From Promineifilum sp. (GTDB lineage: Bacteria; Chloroflexota; Anaerolineae; Promineifilales; Promineifilaceae): 45,306 nucleotides of DNA. The stretch spans positions 1-45,306 of the forward strand of contig NZ_JAYRVJ010000009.1 in the NCBI RefSeq assembly GCF_041918635.1, read 5' to 3'. The notes beneath the pieces were generated by a model. The model was not told the origin of the DNA, ran no database searches, and saw only the letters and a program-made list of their open reading frames with translations. Positions 7,137-20,911 of the stretch are shown in pieces. Position 1 is the first letter of the stretch. Every line of letters starts with the position of its first letter. The position numbers and the translations under genes were made by a program.

Positions 7137-9611
7137 CTATTCGCGCGACTCCAGGCGATCCACCCAGCCCGCGTCGCCCTCTGCCGGCGCGCTGGGTTGC
7201 CCTTCCCGGATGACGAACCGCCGCTTGCGCAGGTTGACGCGCAGGCCGGGCGCGGGCGGCGCAACGGCCAGCGGCTCCGCCGAAAGCTCGACGGGGGGCG
7301 CGGCTACCACGGGCGCGGACGCCTCCACGGACGCTGGCATCTCGACCGGGGCGATTGCCTCTGCCGGGGCGGTCTGCTCCGCCGGTGGTGCGGGCATCGC
7401 CAGTGCTGCAGGCGCTTCGACGGGCTGGGGCGCTTCAACTGGCGAGGCCACCGGTATAGTCGCCGTGGTCGCCGCGACCGGCTTGGCCGAACCTCCCTGA
7501 GCTATCCCTTCCAGCCAGGCCATGACTTCGTCCGGGTCGTCGGGCATATCCAGCAGATTGGCGTCTTCCGTCCACACTTCGTCCGATGAGGGAGGGGCGG
7601 CCGGCAGCGCGGCGCGCGCGGCCTGTGACGACGCGATCGGCTCCGCGGTCGAGGCCGGCGCGGCCATCGCCACGTCCCCTTCCTCGCCGGCGATGCGCTC
7701 CAGCCAGGCCAGCGCCGCGTCGGGGTCGTCCGGCATGCGGTCGAGCAGCTCGGTCTCATCCAGACCAGGCTCTGGCGCGAGGATAGCCGGGGAGGCCGGC
7801 GGGGGCGGCTCGGCCGGCCCCACCAGCGCCGCTTCCAACCAGGCGAGCGCCGCCGGCAAGTCGCGCTGTGGCGCGACTGCGCCACGGCGGCGCAGCGTCA
7901 TATCCACATCGCCCAGCGTGCGCCCGGGAGGCAGGGCCAGCACGTCTAACTCGCGCAGCGTGGCCTCCAGGGCCGATGTCGCTTCCAGGCCGTTTGACGC
8001 GGCCAGATACTCGGGTTCCGGCTCTATAGCGGACATGGGCGCATCCTCCTCCAGCGTGTCGACGAATTGACTCGACGCGGCCACAACAGCCACGTCAAAG
8101 GGGGCCGGCGCTTCCAGGTTGTCGGCCGTTAGTTCAATGGCGTCCGGCCACTCTGCGTCAGTCCCACCGGTTGCAACTTCGGCTTCGACGATCGGTTCCG
8201 CTTGCAAGGGTTCTGCGTCCGATTCGATGAGGGCCGGCAGTAGTTCGTCCGCTTCAGACGCCACTTCGCTGAGCGGCGGAGCGGGCTGGTCCCATTCCTC
8301 GACATAGACTTCCTCGACCGCCGGCTCTTCAACGAACGTGGCGGGTTCCAGGGGCTGCGTCACCGCGTCCTCGTCCCAATGTGTATCGCCGGCTGTTGCG
8401 ACTGTCGCGGCCCCCTCGGTTGCCGTGGCCCCCACGGTTGCCGTGAGCCATGGCGCTTCACCGGCGTCCAACGCCTCCACGCCTGCCGTCTCGTCCGGCG
8501 CAGCTTCCATCCCGTCCGGTCCGGGGAGGGCGCCCGTATCCAATTCGCTCGCCGGCGCCGCCCCCCGCGTCGCCCCCCGCGCCGCCCCCGGCGCCATATC
8601 GTCTAGCAAGCTCATTGCTTCATCAAAAGACAGGGGTTCGGCCGTCTCGTCCACAAGCCCGGCCACTTCCGGCGGGACGAACTCCTCAGCCATGAGTGGT
8701 TCATCGCCCAGATCGGGCGCGGCCGCGCCCGGCAAAACCGTGACCGGCAGAACGGGGGCGTCGGGCGTGAATTCTGGCTCGCCGCCCTGATCGGCCACCA
8801 GCGTCTCGACGAGCACCACGGTGTCGGCGAGATCCTCCGCTTCGACAAAAGCATTGATCGGTGTGCGTTCTTCTAACAAGGAGAAGTCCACGGCGGCCGA
8901 TTCCAGCCCGAAAATGTCCGGCGACAGCCCGGCCTCGAGCATGAGCTTGGAGGCTAAGGCGCGGTCAGCCACGCTGGGCACATCCTCGATGGGCGCGTCC
9001 TGGCTGCCGACCAGTTCTTCGATCCAGGCCATCGCCGCCTCGGCCGCGTCCAGGTCATCGACGGGGGGCAGCGCTTCGGGCGCGGCGATGGGCGGCGCGG
9101 TTAGTTCAGGCTCGTTGGTCGCCTCGAATGTGTCGTCAGCGACCGTCTCCCACGCTTCCGTAGCCGGAGGCGCATCTTGCGCGGCGTCATCAGGCTCCAA
9201 CGCCATTAAAGGTTGCGTCGCCGATTCGGCCAGCGGCGTTTCCGTCTCATCACGCGTGGCGCTCTCATCCGCCTCCCCCAGATAACGCCACTGCACGGTG
9301 GTCTGCTCCTCGACGGACTCGCGCTCGGCCATTTTGCCCAGCCAATCCAGACGGCTCTCAGGCTCATCCTGGTCCGATTCGTCGGGACCGGGCGTCTCGC
9401 GCAGCCAATCCGGCAGAACATCGCCCGGTTCGGTCTCGATCAGCCCGCTAAAAGGGGAATCGATGGGGGCAATCGGGCTGAGGTCGTTGGGGTCGGCCGG
9501 CCCTCGCTGTCGTGCGGTCATCTCTTCCAGCCACTTCAGCGCCTCCTCGAGTTCATCGGGGGGCACGTCCGGCGGCTGTTGGGGTTCGCGGTCGTCGATA
9601 TCGCTGTCCAT
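7137..9611 (-). CDS. Large acidic low-complexity protein with repeated D..AxAWLE helical motifs
   Basis: About 825 aa, A/E/D/P-rich, with about 9 short helical motifs, most Trp-centred. GGAGGA spacing favours the second ATG (9611) over 9617. Confidence 0.75.
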   Translation of the reverse strand: MDSDIDDREPQQPPDVPPDELEEALKWLEEMTARQRGPADPNDLSPIAPIDSPFSGLIETEPGDVLPDWLRETPGPDESDQDEPESRLDWLGKMAERESVEEQTTVQWRYLGEADESATRDETETPLAESATQPLMALEPDDAAQDAPPATEAWETVADDTFEATNEPELTAPPIAAPEALPPVDDLDAAEAAMAWIEELVGSQDAPIEDVPSVADRALASKLMLEAGLSPDIFGLESAAVDFSLLEERTPINAFVEAEDLADTVVLVETLVADQGGEPEFTPDAPVLPVTVLPGAAAPDLGDEPLMAEEFVPPEVAGLVDETAEPLSFDEAMSLLDDMAPGAARGATRGAAPASELDTGALPGPDGMEAAPDETAGVEALDAGEAPWLTATVGATATEGAATVATAGDTHWDEDAVTQPLEPATFVEEPAVEEVYVEEWDQPAPPLSEVASEADELLPALIESDAEPLQAEPIVEAEVATGGTDAEWPDAIELTADNLEAPAPFDVAVVAASSQFVDTLEEDAPMSAIEPEPEYLAASNGLEATSALEATLRELDVLALPPGRTLGDVDMTLRRRGAVAPQRDLPAALAWLEAALVGPAEPPPPASPAILAPEPGLDETELLDRMPDDPDAALAWLERIAGEEGDVAMAAPASTAEPIASSQAARAALPAAPPSSDEVWTEDANLLDMPDDPDEVMAWLEGIAQGGSAKPVAATTATIPVASPVEAPQPVEAPAALAMPAPPAEQTAPAEAIAPVEMPASVEASAPVVAAPPVELSAEPLAVAPPAPGLRVNLRKRRFVIREGQPSAPAEGDAGWVDRLESRE

Positions 9612-9743
9612 CCTCATTCCTCCACACGGGCCACTCGACGCCGGCCGGCGACCGAGAGATCGCGGTCATTAATGGCATCACCGCTGGCAGTTATGCGCGG
9701 CACGTTATGGTCAACTTCCATCCGCTATTATCGGCGGGAATCC

Positions 9744-10778
9744 TCATTTTGACAAGTAGTGCCGCTTCAGGCGCTCTATCAAGGGGGTGACATCGTATTC
9801 CGGCTGGCGCATGGGGCCAAATGGATCGTAGATGATATCGCGGCCGAGCAAGGCGTGCAGGACGTTGAGCACGCCCAGCGAGAGCACTTCCAACTGGTAG
9901 CCGCCTTCGAGCACGAACAGGATCCGCCCCGCGCACAACTCGTCGGCATAGCTCAGCAGTTTGCGAGTAATCTGCGCGTAGCCGGTCAGGCTGAGGCCGG
10001 CCATGGCCAGCGGGTCTTGCCAATGGGCGTCGAAGCCGGCCGAGACAAGCAGTATGTCCGGCCGGAACTGGCGCAGGCGCGGCCCGATCAGTTCGTCGAA
10101 AGCGAGCCGGTAGCCGTAGTCCCCCACGTAGGGCGGGAAGGGCACGTTGAGCGTGTACCCTTTGCCTGGCCCGACGCCAACCTCGTGCATGCCGCCGATG
10201 CCGGGGTAGAAGTAGGGGGCGTAGAGATGAAGGGAAACGAACAAGACGGTGTCATCCTCATAGAAGATGTCCTGCGTGCCGTTCCCGTGGTGCACGTCGT
10301 AATCGATAATGGCTACCCGCGCCGCGCCGTGGGCCACCTGGGCCTGGCGGGCCGCCGCGGCCACATTGTTGAAGAGGCAGAAGCCGCTGACCCGGTCGGT
10401 CTCGGCGTGATGGCCGGGCGGCCGGATAAGGGCGAAGCCGTTGTGAGCGGCTCCGGTCAAAATCTGGTCAACCGCCGCGCAGCAGCCGCCCACGGCCAGC
10501 GACGCCAGATGGTAACTCTGGGCCGTCGCGTAGGTGTCGCCATGGTCGAGCAGGCCGCCGCCGCGATTCGACACCTGGCGCACGTAGCCGATCAATTCCG
10601 GCGTGTGCACGCGTTGCAGTTGGACAGTGGTGGCCGACACCGGCATGACGTGGCGCAGATCGGCCATCAGTCCCGAGCCGTCTAGCGCCCGCCCCAACGC
10701 GGCGGTGCGCTCGTGGTTCTCTGGGTGGTGATGCTTGGTGTGGCCGTCGCCGGGAGCAAATACGAGGAGTGTCGTCAT
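9744..10778 (-). CDS. Histone deacetylase-family protein (class II-like)
   Basis: HPENHER, RPPGHHA, GFCLFNN, DYDVHHGNGTQ, SAGFDAH and LEGGY motifs. Confidence 0.92.
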   Translation of the reverse strand: MTTLLVFAPGDGHTKHHHPENHERTAALGRALDGSGLMADLRHVMPVSATTVQLQRVHTPELIGYVRQVSNRGGGLLDHGDTYATAQSYHLASLAVGGCCAAVDQILTGAAHNGFALIRPPGHHAETDRVSGFCLFNNVAAAARQAQVAHGAARVAIIDYDVHHGNGTQDIFYEDDTVLFVSLHLYAPYFYPGIGGMHEVGVGPGKGYTLNVPFPPYVGDYGYRLAFDELIGPRLRQFRPDILLVSAGFDAHWQDPLAMAGLSLTGYAQITRKLLSYADELCAGRILFVLEGGYQLEVLSLGVLNVLHALLGRDIIYDPFGPMRQPEYDVTPLIERLKRHYLSK

Positions 10779-10977
10779 GCTTTTCTTCGCGCCATCAAAT
10801 ACTCTCCATTATTTCAGATGTCGGCTATTTGTGCGATTTATCGCGAATTGGACTAACATTAAGACGCAGTGAGTCTTGGCGGCGCGGCATAGCTGGCCGA
10901 CTCGGCCGAGTTATCAGCCAAACTAGCCCGCATCCCACCCACTTTAACCGTATTGAGAGGAGGTTTCACAACTTAGC

Positions 10978-13326
10978 ATGGATCAGATATTCAGATTTCT
11001 CCAGATGGGCTTGGAACAATTTGAGGTCATCGCCACATGGGCCATTCTGGCCGTCGCTTTTGTTGGTCTGCTCTACGCGCTCTTCTTGCGGCAGCAAATC
11101 CTCCGTGAAGACAAGGGGACGGAGAAGATGCAGGAAGTGTGGGAGGCCATTCGCCAGGGAGCGAATGCGTACCTGACTCGCCAGTTGCGCACGATTCTGC
11201 CCTTCATCGTCATCCTGACTATCGCCCTGTTTCTCAGCGTCTACATCGTCCCACCGACGGAGTTCTCGATGGAGGTTTTCGCCGGTTACAGTGAAGATAC
11301 CATCCGGCTCATCGTCGGCATCGGCCGGGCCGTGGCCTTCGTGTTGGGCGCGGGCTTCTCGCTGATGGTCGGCCAGTTGGGCATGCGCATGGCCGTTGAG
11401 GGCAACGTTCGCGTGGCCGCCGCGGCCCGCACCAGCTTCAAGGATTCTCTGCGCATCGCCTACCGCACCGGAACCATCACTGGCATGCTGACCGACGGCC
11501 TGGGGCTATTGGGCGGCACGCTCATCTTCATGGTCTTCGGCAAGGCCGCGCCCGACGCCCTGCTCGGCTTCGGCTTTGGCGGCACGCTGATCGCGCTCTT
11601 CATGCGCGTCGGCGGTGGCATCTACACCAAGGCCGCCGACGTGGGCGCCGACCTGGTGGGTAAGGTCGAGCAGGACATGCCGGAGGATGACCCGCGCAAC
11701 GCCGCCGTCATTGCCGACCTGGTGGGCGACAACGTCGGCGACTGCGCCGGTATGGCCGCCGACATCTTCGAGTCCTACGAGGTGACCATCGTCTCCAGCC
11801 TGATCCTCGGCGTCACCCTGACGCTCATCACCGGCCACAACGAGTGGATCCTCTTCCCGCTGCTGGTGCGCGGCATCGGCGTGCTGGCGTCCATCGTTGG
11901 CACCTACCTGGTGCGCGGCGAGTCGGACGACAGCGGCAACGCCATGCAGGCCATCTTCCGCGGCTTCCTGACCTCGGCGGCCATCTCGGTGGTGCTTTTC
12001 GGCGCGGTGGCGCTGTTCTACATGTCCGGGGTCCCCGGCGGCTGGTGGCGGCCGTTCCTCTCGACGGCGGCTGGCGTTGGCTTGGCCATCGTCATCGACC
12101 GGCTGACCGATTACTTCACCGGCACGCACTTCCGGCCGGTGAAGGAGATTCGCGACGCCACCTCCGGCGGCCCGGCGACTACGATCCTGTCCGGTCTCTC
12201 GTCCGGCTATGAGTCGGCCGTCTGGTCAGTCATCGTCATCGCCGCGACCATCGTCGTCGCCATCCTCATCTACAGCGGCGTTTCGGCCGACGCCTTCGTG
12301 TCGGAGCGCTTCTCGCCCGACTTCATCCAGTTCACCTTCGTGCTCTATGGCATCGCCCTGACCGGCATCGGCATGCTGACCCTGACGGGCAACAACGTCG
12401 CCATGGACTCCTTCGGCCCCATCAGCGACAACGCCAACGGCATTGGCGAGATGGCCGGTCTGGAGCCTAAGGCGCGCAAGATCATGGCCGACCTGGACGC
12501 CGTGGGCAACACGACGAAGGCCATCACCAAGGGCATCGCCATCGGCTCGGCGGTCATCGCCGCCGTATCACTGTTTGGCTCGTTCATCACTGACGTGTCG
12601 CTGGTAGACCCGGAAGCGCTGGCGAACGGCATTCGCGTGTCGGAGCCGCTCGTCTTTGTCGGCATGTTGCTGGGCGGGGCGCTGCCATGGATGTTCTCGT
12701 CGCTGGCCATCCGCGCCGTCAGCCGCGCCGCCGGCCAGATGGTCGAGGAAGTGCGCCGGCAGTTCCGCATCCCTGGCATCATCGAGGGGACGGTGACGCC
12801 GGACTATGCCCGCGCTGTGACCATCTCCACGGTGGCCGCCCAGCGCGACCTGATCAATCTGGCCGTGCTGGCCGTCTTCACCCCCATCGCCGTCGGCCTG
12901 CTCTTGCAGGTGGAGGCGTTGGGCGGCTTCCAGGCGGGCATCATCGTCTCCGGTATGCTCCTGGCCGTCTTCATGTCCAACACCGGCGGCGCGTGGGACA
13001 ACGGCAAGAAGCTCATTGAGGATGAGGAGCGCAACATTGAGGCCAACACCGGCAAAGGCTCGGAGCGTCACAAGGCGGCCGTCGTCGGGGACACGGTCGG
13101 CGACCCGCTGAAGGACACGGCCGGCCCGGCGCTGAACCCGATGATTAAGGTCGTCAACCTGGTCAGCCTTATCATCGCGCCCATCGTCGTCCGCTACAGC
13201 GACCGCAACATCGTGGTCATCCTCATCGTGCTGGCCCTCATCGGCGTGCTGGGCTGGGCCATCACGCGCTCCAAGCGCGCCGCCGAGCCTATCGCCGCGC
13301 CGGCGCGGACGCAGACCACGTCGTAG
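10978..13326 (+). CDS. hppA: Membrane-bound cation-translocating pyrophosphatase, K+-independent type
   Basis: GGGIYTKAADVGADLVGKVE, PEDDPRN, GDNVGD, DSFGPISDNANG, GNTTKA (Lys determinant), GGAWDN and GDTVGDP.KD motifs. Confidence 0.95.
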   Translation: MDQIFRFLQMGLEQFEVIATWAILAVAFVGLLYALFLRQQILREDKGTEKMQEVWEAIRQGANAYLTRQLRTILPFIVILTIALFLSVYIVPPTEFSMEVFAGYSEDTIRLIVGIGRAVAFVLGAGFSLMVGQLGMRMAVEGNVRVAAAARTSFKDSLRIAYRTGTITGMLTDGLGLLGGTLIFMVFGKAAPDALLGFGFGGTLIALFMRVGGGIYTKAADVGADLVGKVEQDMPEDDPRNAAVIADLVGDNVGDCAGMAADIFESYEVTIVSSLILGVTLTLITGHNEWILFPLLVRGIGVLASIVGTYLVRGESDDSGNAMQAIFRGFLTSAAISVVLFGAVALFYMSGVPGGWWRPFLSTAAGVGLAIVIDRLTDYFTGTHFRPVKEIRDATSGGPATTILSGLSSGYESAVWSVIVIAATIVVAILIYSGVSADAFVSERFSPDFIQFTFVLYGIALTGIGMLTLTGNNVAMDSFGPISDNANGIGEMAGLEPKARKIMADLDAVGNTTKAITKGIAIGSAVIAAVSLFGSFITDVSLVDPEALANGIRVSEPLVFVGMLLGGALPWMFSSLAIRAVSRAAGQMVEEVRRQFRIPGIIEGTVTPDYARAVTISTVAAQRDLINLAVLAVFTPIAVGLLLQVEALGGFQAGIIVSGMLLAVFMSNTGGAWDNGKKLIEDEERNIEANTGKGSERHKAAVVGDTVGDPLKDTAGPALNPMIKVVNLVSLIIAPIVVRYSDRNIVVILIVLALIGVLGWAITRSKRAAEPIAAPARTQTTS

Positions 13327-13397
13327 TCGGGGCGGGTTTGAAACCCGCCCTTACATGGTAGTGGTGTGGTAGGGGCGGGTTTCAAACCCGCCCCTAC
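13323..13397. repeat. Pair of GTAG-type REP-like palindromes (GGGCGGGTTTCAAACCCGCCC), family A
   Basis: Copies at 13323-13354 and 13369-13397; near-identical copies at 28572-28600 and 28619-28643. Confidence 0.85.
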
Positions 13398-13464
13398 AAC
13401 CGGCACGGTGGGTACCACGGCGGTGCGTTGGCGAGCCGCCGCGTTTTGGCGTACAATGACCCCT

Positions 13465-13692
13465 ATGATGGATGGGACGGAGAACCTGACCTTTGAGGAA
13501 GCGCTCCTGGAACTGGAGCAGACGGTGGCCGCGCTGGAATCGGGCGATCTCACGCTGGAGGCGTCGCTGTCGCTGTTCGAGCGCGGACGGCTGCTGGCGA
13601 CTCGCTGCGGTCGTCTGCTCGACGAGGCCCAACTGCGCGTGGAGCAACTGACCGAGGACGGCGAGATTATCGTCCTGACCCCACCTAATTGA
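13465..13692 (+). CDS. xseB: Exodeoxyribonuclease VII small subunit
   Basis: LTFEEALLELEQTVAALESGDLTLEASLSLFERG..C..LLDEAQLRVEQL. ATG at 13465 lies 7 nt after TACAAT. Confidence 0.9.
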   Translation: MMDGTENLTFEEALLELEQTVAALESGDLTLEASLSLFERGRLLATRCGRLLDEAQLRVEQLTEDGEIIVLTPPN

Positions 13693-13710
13693 ATTAGCAA
13701 GAACAAAGCG

Positions 13711-13774
13711 TCCACAGATTTCACAGATTTCACAGATTTTCTCTTCAATCTGTGTAATCTGTGAAATCTGTGGA
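13711..13774. repeat. Complete inverted nonamer element, family E
   Basis: TCCACAGATTTCACAGATTTCACAGATTTT-spacer-AATCTGTGTAATCTGTGAAATCTGTGGA. Confidence 0.9.
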
Positions 13775-13796
13775 TGCTTCTTATGACGAGGCAAGT

Positions 13797-14702
13797 TTGT
13801 TCAAGAGCATTCGTGAATCACTGAGCCGCACGCGGCAGACGGTGTTCGGCCAGATCGCCGGCGTCCTGGGCGCGGGCGATATTACCGACGAGACCTGGGA
13901 AGACCTGGAAGCGCTGCTCATCCAGGCCGATGTAGGCGTGCCGACGACCGTCTATCTGGTGGATTCGTTGCGCGAGCGCGTGCGCCGCGACGGTCTCTAT
14001 CGGGCCGACCAACTGCTGGCCGCGCTGCGCAGCGAACTGCGCGCCATCCTGGTCGATCCGCCTGTGTTTGAGTTGGAAGAGAACCGGCTGCTGACCGTGG
14101 TCATGGTCGTCGGCGTCAACGGCTCCGGCAAGACCACAACCATCGGCAAGCTGGCCCAGCGCTACAAGGATCACGGGCGCAAGGTCATCCTGGCCGCCGG
14201 CGACACCTTCCGCGCCGCGGCCATTGACCAGTTGCGCATTTGGGGCGAGCGGGCCGACGTGCCGGTCATCGCCGGACAGCCCGGCGGCGACCCGGCGGCT
14301 GTGGCCTACGACGGCATCCGCGCCGCGCGCGCGCGTGGCTTCGATCTGCTCTTCATCGACACCGCTGGCCGGCTGCACACCAAGTTCAATCTGATGAAGG
14401 AGTTGGAGAAGGTGCACGGCGTATGCCAGAAGAGCGTCCACGCTGCGCCGCACGAGGTGCTGCTGGTGCTCGACGCGCCGACGGGCCAGAACGCGCTGGC
14501 CCAGGCTCAGAAGTTTAAGGAGTCGGTGCACGTCTCCGGTGTCATCCTGACCAAGCTGGACAGCACGGCCAAGGGCGGCATGGTCTTCGCCATCTACCGC
14601 GAGTTAGGGCTGCCGGTGCGCTTCATCGGCACGGGCGAGCGGCTGCAAGACCTGGCCCCCTTCGACGCCGACCAGTTTATCGGCGGCCTGTTCGAGCCAT
14701 AA
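13797..14702 (+). CDS. ftsY: Signal recognition particle receptor FtsY (NG domain only)
   Basis: [35 protein letters not shown] and TKLD.TAKGG motifs. TTG start at 13797 follows GAGG. Confidence 0.95.
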   Translation: MFKSIRESLSRTRQTVFGQIAGVLGAGDITDETWEDLEALLIQADVGVPTTVYLVDSLRERVRRDGLYRADQLLAALRSELRAILVDPPVFELEENRLLTVVMVVGVNGSGKTTTIGKLAQRYKDHGRKVILAAGDTFRAAAIDQLRIWGERADVPVIAGQPGGDPAAVAYDGIRAARARGFDLLFIDTAGRLHTKFNLMKELEKVHGVCQKSVHAAPHEVLLVLDAPTGQNALAQAQKFKESVHVSGVILTKLDSTAKGGMVFAIYRELGLPVRFIGTGERLQDLAPFDADQFIGGLFEP

Positions 14703-14711
14703 GAGAAGAAG

Positions 14712-14845
14712 AATCCGCAAATTACGCAGATCACGCAGATTCGCAATTGTGGAGTCTTAAGAAATGGCTACGGATCACGGCAGAAGAAGACGGATCATTG
14801 AATTCGCTCTTAATCCGTATTGTCCGTCCGAATCTGTAGCCATTT
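14712..14845. repeat. Family E arm (14712-14741) plus family F inverted element (14762-14845)
   Basis: AAATGGCTACGGAT..ACGGAT ... ATCCGT..ATCTGTAGCCATTT; a second family F copy is at 32971-33072. Confidence 0.8.
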
Positions 14846-14891
14846 ATTAGACACAAACTATTCGCTCACTGACGCAAGGAACATAAAAGGC

Positions 14892-16014
14892 ATGGAAGAG
14901 TTGATGATCCGCTTGGCCGAAATGATCGATGTGGTGACCAACCTCCGGGGGCGTCTTTGACGTCGCCGCTAAAGAATCCCGAATTGCTGAACTAGAAGAG
15001 AAGATCGCTGACGCCGGCTTCTGGAATGACCCGGCTGCGGGTCAGGGCGTCATGCGCGAATTGACCCGCCTGCGCGAGTCCGTCGCCGTCTGGCAGGAGA
15101 TCGGCCGGTCGCTAGCCGACGCGCGCGAACTGGCCGAGTTGGGCGAAGAGTCGATGCGCGACGAGTTGACGGTCGAGGTCGAGCGCCTGGCGGGTGAGGT
15201 CGCCCAACTGGAGTTCCAGACGCTCATGTCGGGCGACTACGATGACGAGAACGCCATCCTGGCCATCCACGCCGGGGCGGGCGGCACCGAGGCCCAGGAC
15301 TGGGCGCATATGCTTCAGCGCATGTTCCTACGTTGGGCGGAACAACACCGCATGAGCGCTGAGATCGTCGATGAGAGCGCCGGCGACGAGGCGGGCATTA
15401 AGAGCTGCACCATGTCCATCCGCGGCCGGTACGCCTACGGCTGGCTGAAGTCGGAGCGCGGCGTGCACCGGCTGGTGCGCATCTCCCCCTACGACGCTTC
15501 CGCCCGCCGTCACACCTCCTTCGCCAAGGTCGAGGTGTGGCCGGACGTGGCTGAGGAGATCGCGATCGAGATCGACGAGAAAGACCTGCGCATCGACCGC
15601 TTCCGGGCCAGCGGCGCGGGCGGCCAGCACGTGCAGAAGAATGAGACAGCCGTGCGTATCACCCATCTGCCGACGGGGCTGGTCGTCTCCTGCCAGAACC
15701 AGCGCTCACTGACGCAGAACACACAGGTCGCCATGAACATCCTGAAGGCGCAGTTGTTCGACCTGGCCCGTCGCAAGCAGAACGCTGAGATAGCCGCGCT
15801 GAAAGGCGAGGATGTGGACGCCGCCTGGGGCAGCCAGATCCGCTCCTACGTGTTGCAGCCGTACAAGATGGTCAAGGATCACCGCACCGGCCATGAGGTC
15901 GGCAACACACAGGCCGTGCTCGATGGGCGGCTGGACGACTTTATGGAGGCCTACCTGCGCCAGAGCGTGGGTGGAGGTGAGCCGGTGGCTGTGAGTGACG
16001 ATCAAGCGCTGTAG
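14892..16014 (+). CDS. prfB: Peptide chain release factor 2, with programmed +1 frameshift
   Basis: ORF0 MEELMIRLAEMIDVVTNLRGRL ends at CTT TGA C (14955-14961) after an internal GGGG. The +1 frame continues DVAAKESRIAELEE..FWND and contains the SPY and GGQ motifs. Confidence 0.96.
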
Positions 16015-16036
16015 GGCTTGTGTTTTTTCACCAGTG

Positions 16037-16045
16037 TGTTATAAT
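16037..16045 (+). promoter_or_regulatory. Extended -10 promoter upstream of rpoC
   Basis: TGTTATAAT, with TTGTGT at 16018-16023. Confidence 0.5.
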
Positions 16046-16084
16046 TCTGGATCGCGTATTAACGCATTTCTGAGGTTCGAATAT

Positions 16085-16112
16085 TTGACATATTGACGGT
16101 TGCCGATATAAT
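16085..16112 (+). promoter_or_regulatory. Consensus sigma70 promoter for rpoC
   Basis: TTGACA (16085-16090), 16-nt spacer, TATAAT (16107-16112). Confidence 0.75.
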
Positions 16113-16144
16113 TGTCCTAGTCATTGATTGATTCGAACGTGACC

Positions 16145-16176
16145 AAGAGCGCTGGCCATAGGCCAGGCGCTCTTTT
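16145..16176 (+). promoter_or_regulatory. Terminator-like hairpin in the rpoC 5' leader
   Basis: AAGAGCGCTGGCC-ATA-GGCCAGGCGCTCTTTT. Confidence 0.55.
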
Positions 16177-16295
16177 GCGCGTTTATCCACCGACATCAGC
16201 CTTAGGTCGGACGGCCCGACAGCGACAAACAAAACGCATCGTCAATTGCACTTCTTCCGGTTGGGTAGGAGCCTAGTGATTTTGGGAGGTCATTA

Positions 16296-20765
<4,470 letters not shown>

Positions 20766-20788
20766 GGCCGGGTTCTGTTGAGTGAGTG

Positions 20789-20825
20789 AAAGACCGGGCA
20801 GCCGCGAGGTTGCCCGGTCTTTTTG
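20789..20825 (+). terminator. Rho-independent terminator after rpoC
   Basis: AAAGACCGGGCAGCC-GCGA-GGTTGCCCGGTCTTTTT. Confidence 0.85.
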
Positions 20826-20828
20826 TTA

Positions 20829-20895
20829 GTAGTCAGGCAATTCATTGCCGTTCTTCACGCCTGTGGCGAAGAACGGCAATGAACTGCCTGACTAC
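20829..20895. repeat. MITE/REP-doublet-like element, family B
   Basis: GTAGTCAGGCAATTCATTGCCGTTCTT..AAGAACGGCAATGAACTGCCTGACTAC. Copies at 24158-24223 and 39938-40003; half copies at 25536-25559 and 39917-39932. Confidence 0.9.
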
Positions 20896-20911
20896 GAGCG
20901 GGGCGGGGTTC

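Noticed and set aside
10828-10972. Rex/Crp-like sites or a riboswitch in the hppA leader
   Set aside because: The half-site spacing is one base off consensus, the GCGATTTATCGC core matches the family B repeat core, and the hairpin near 10892-10919 matches no riboswitch I recognise.
13366-13464. ORF-track N-terminal extensions of xseB (also ftsY 13761 and GtrA 28683)
   Set aside because: The extensions are translated repeat DNA, and better-supported starts lie downstream.
14892-15051. prfB as a pseudogene
   Set aside because: The break is the canonical programmed frameshift.
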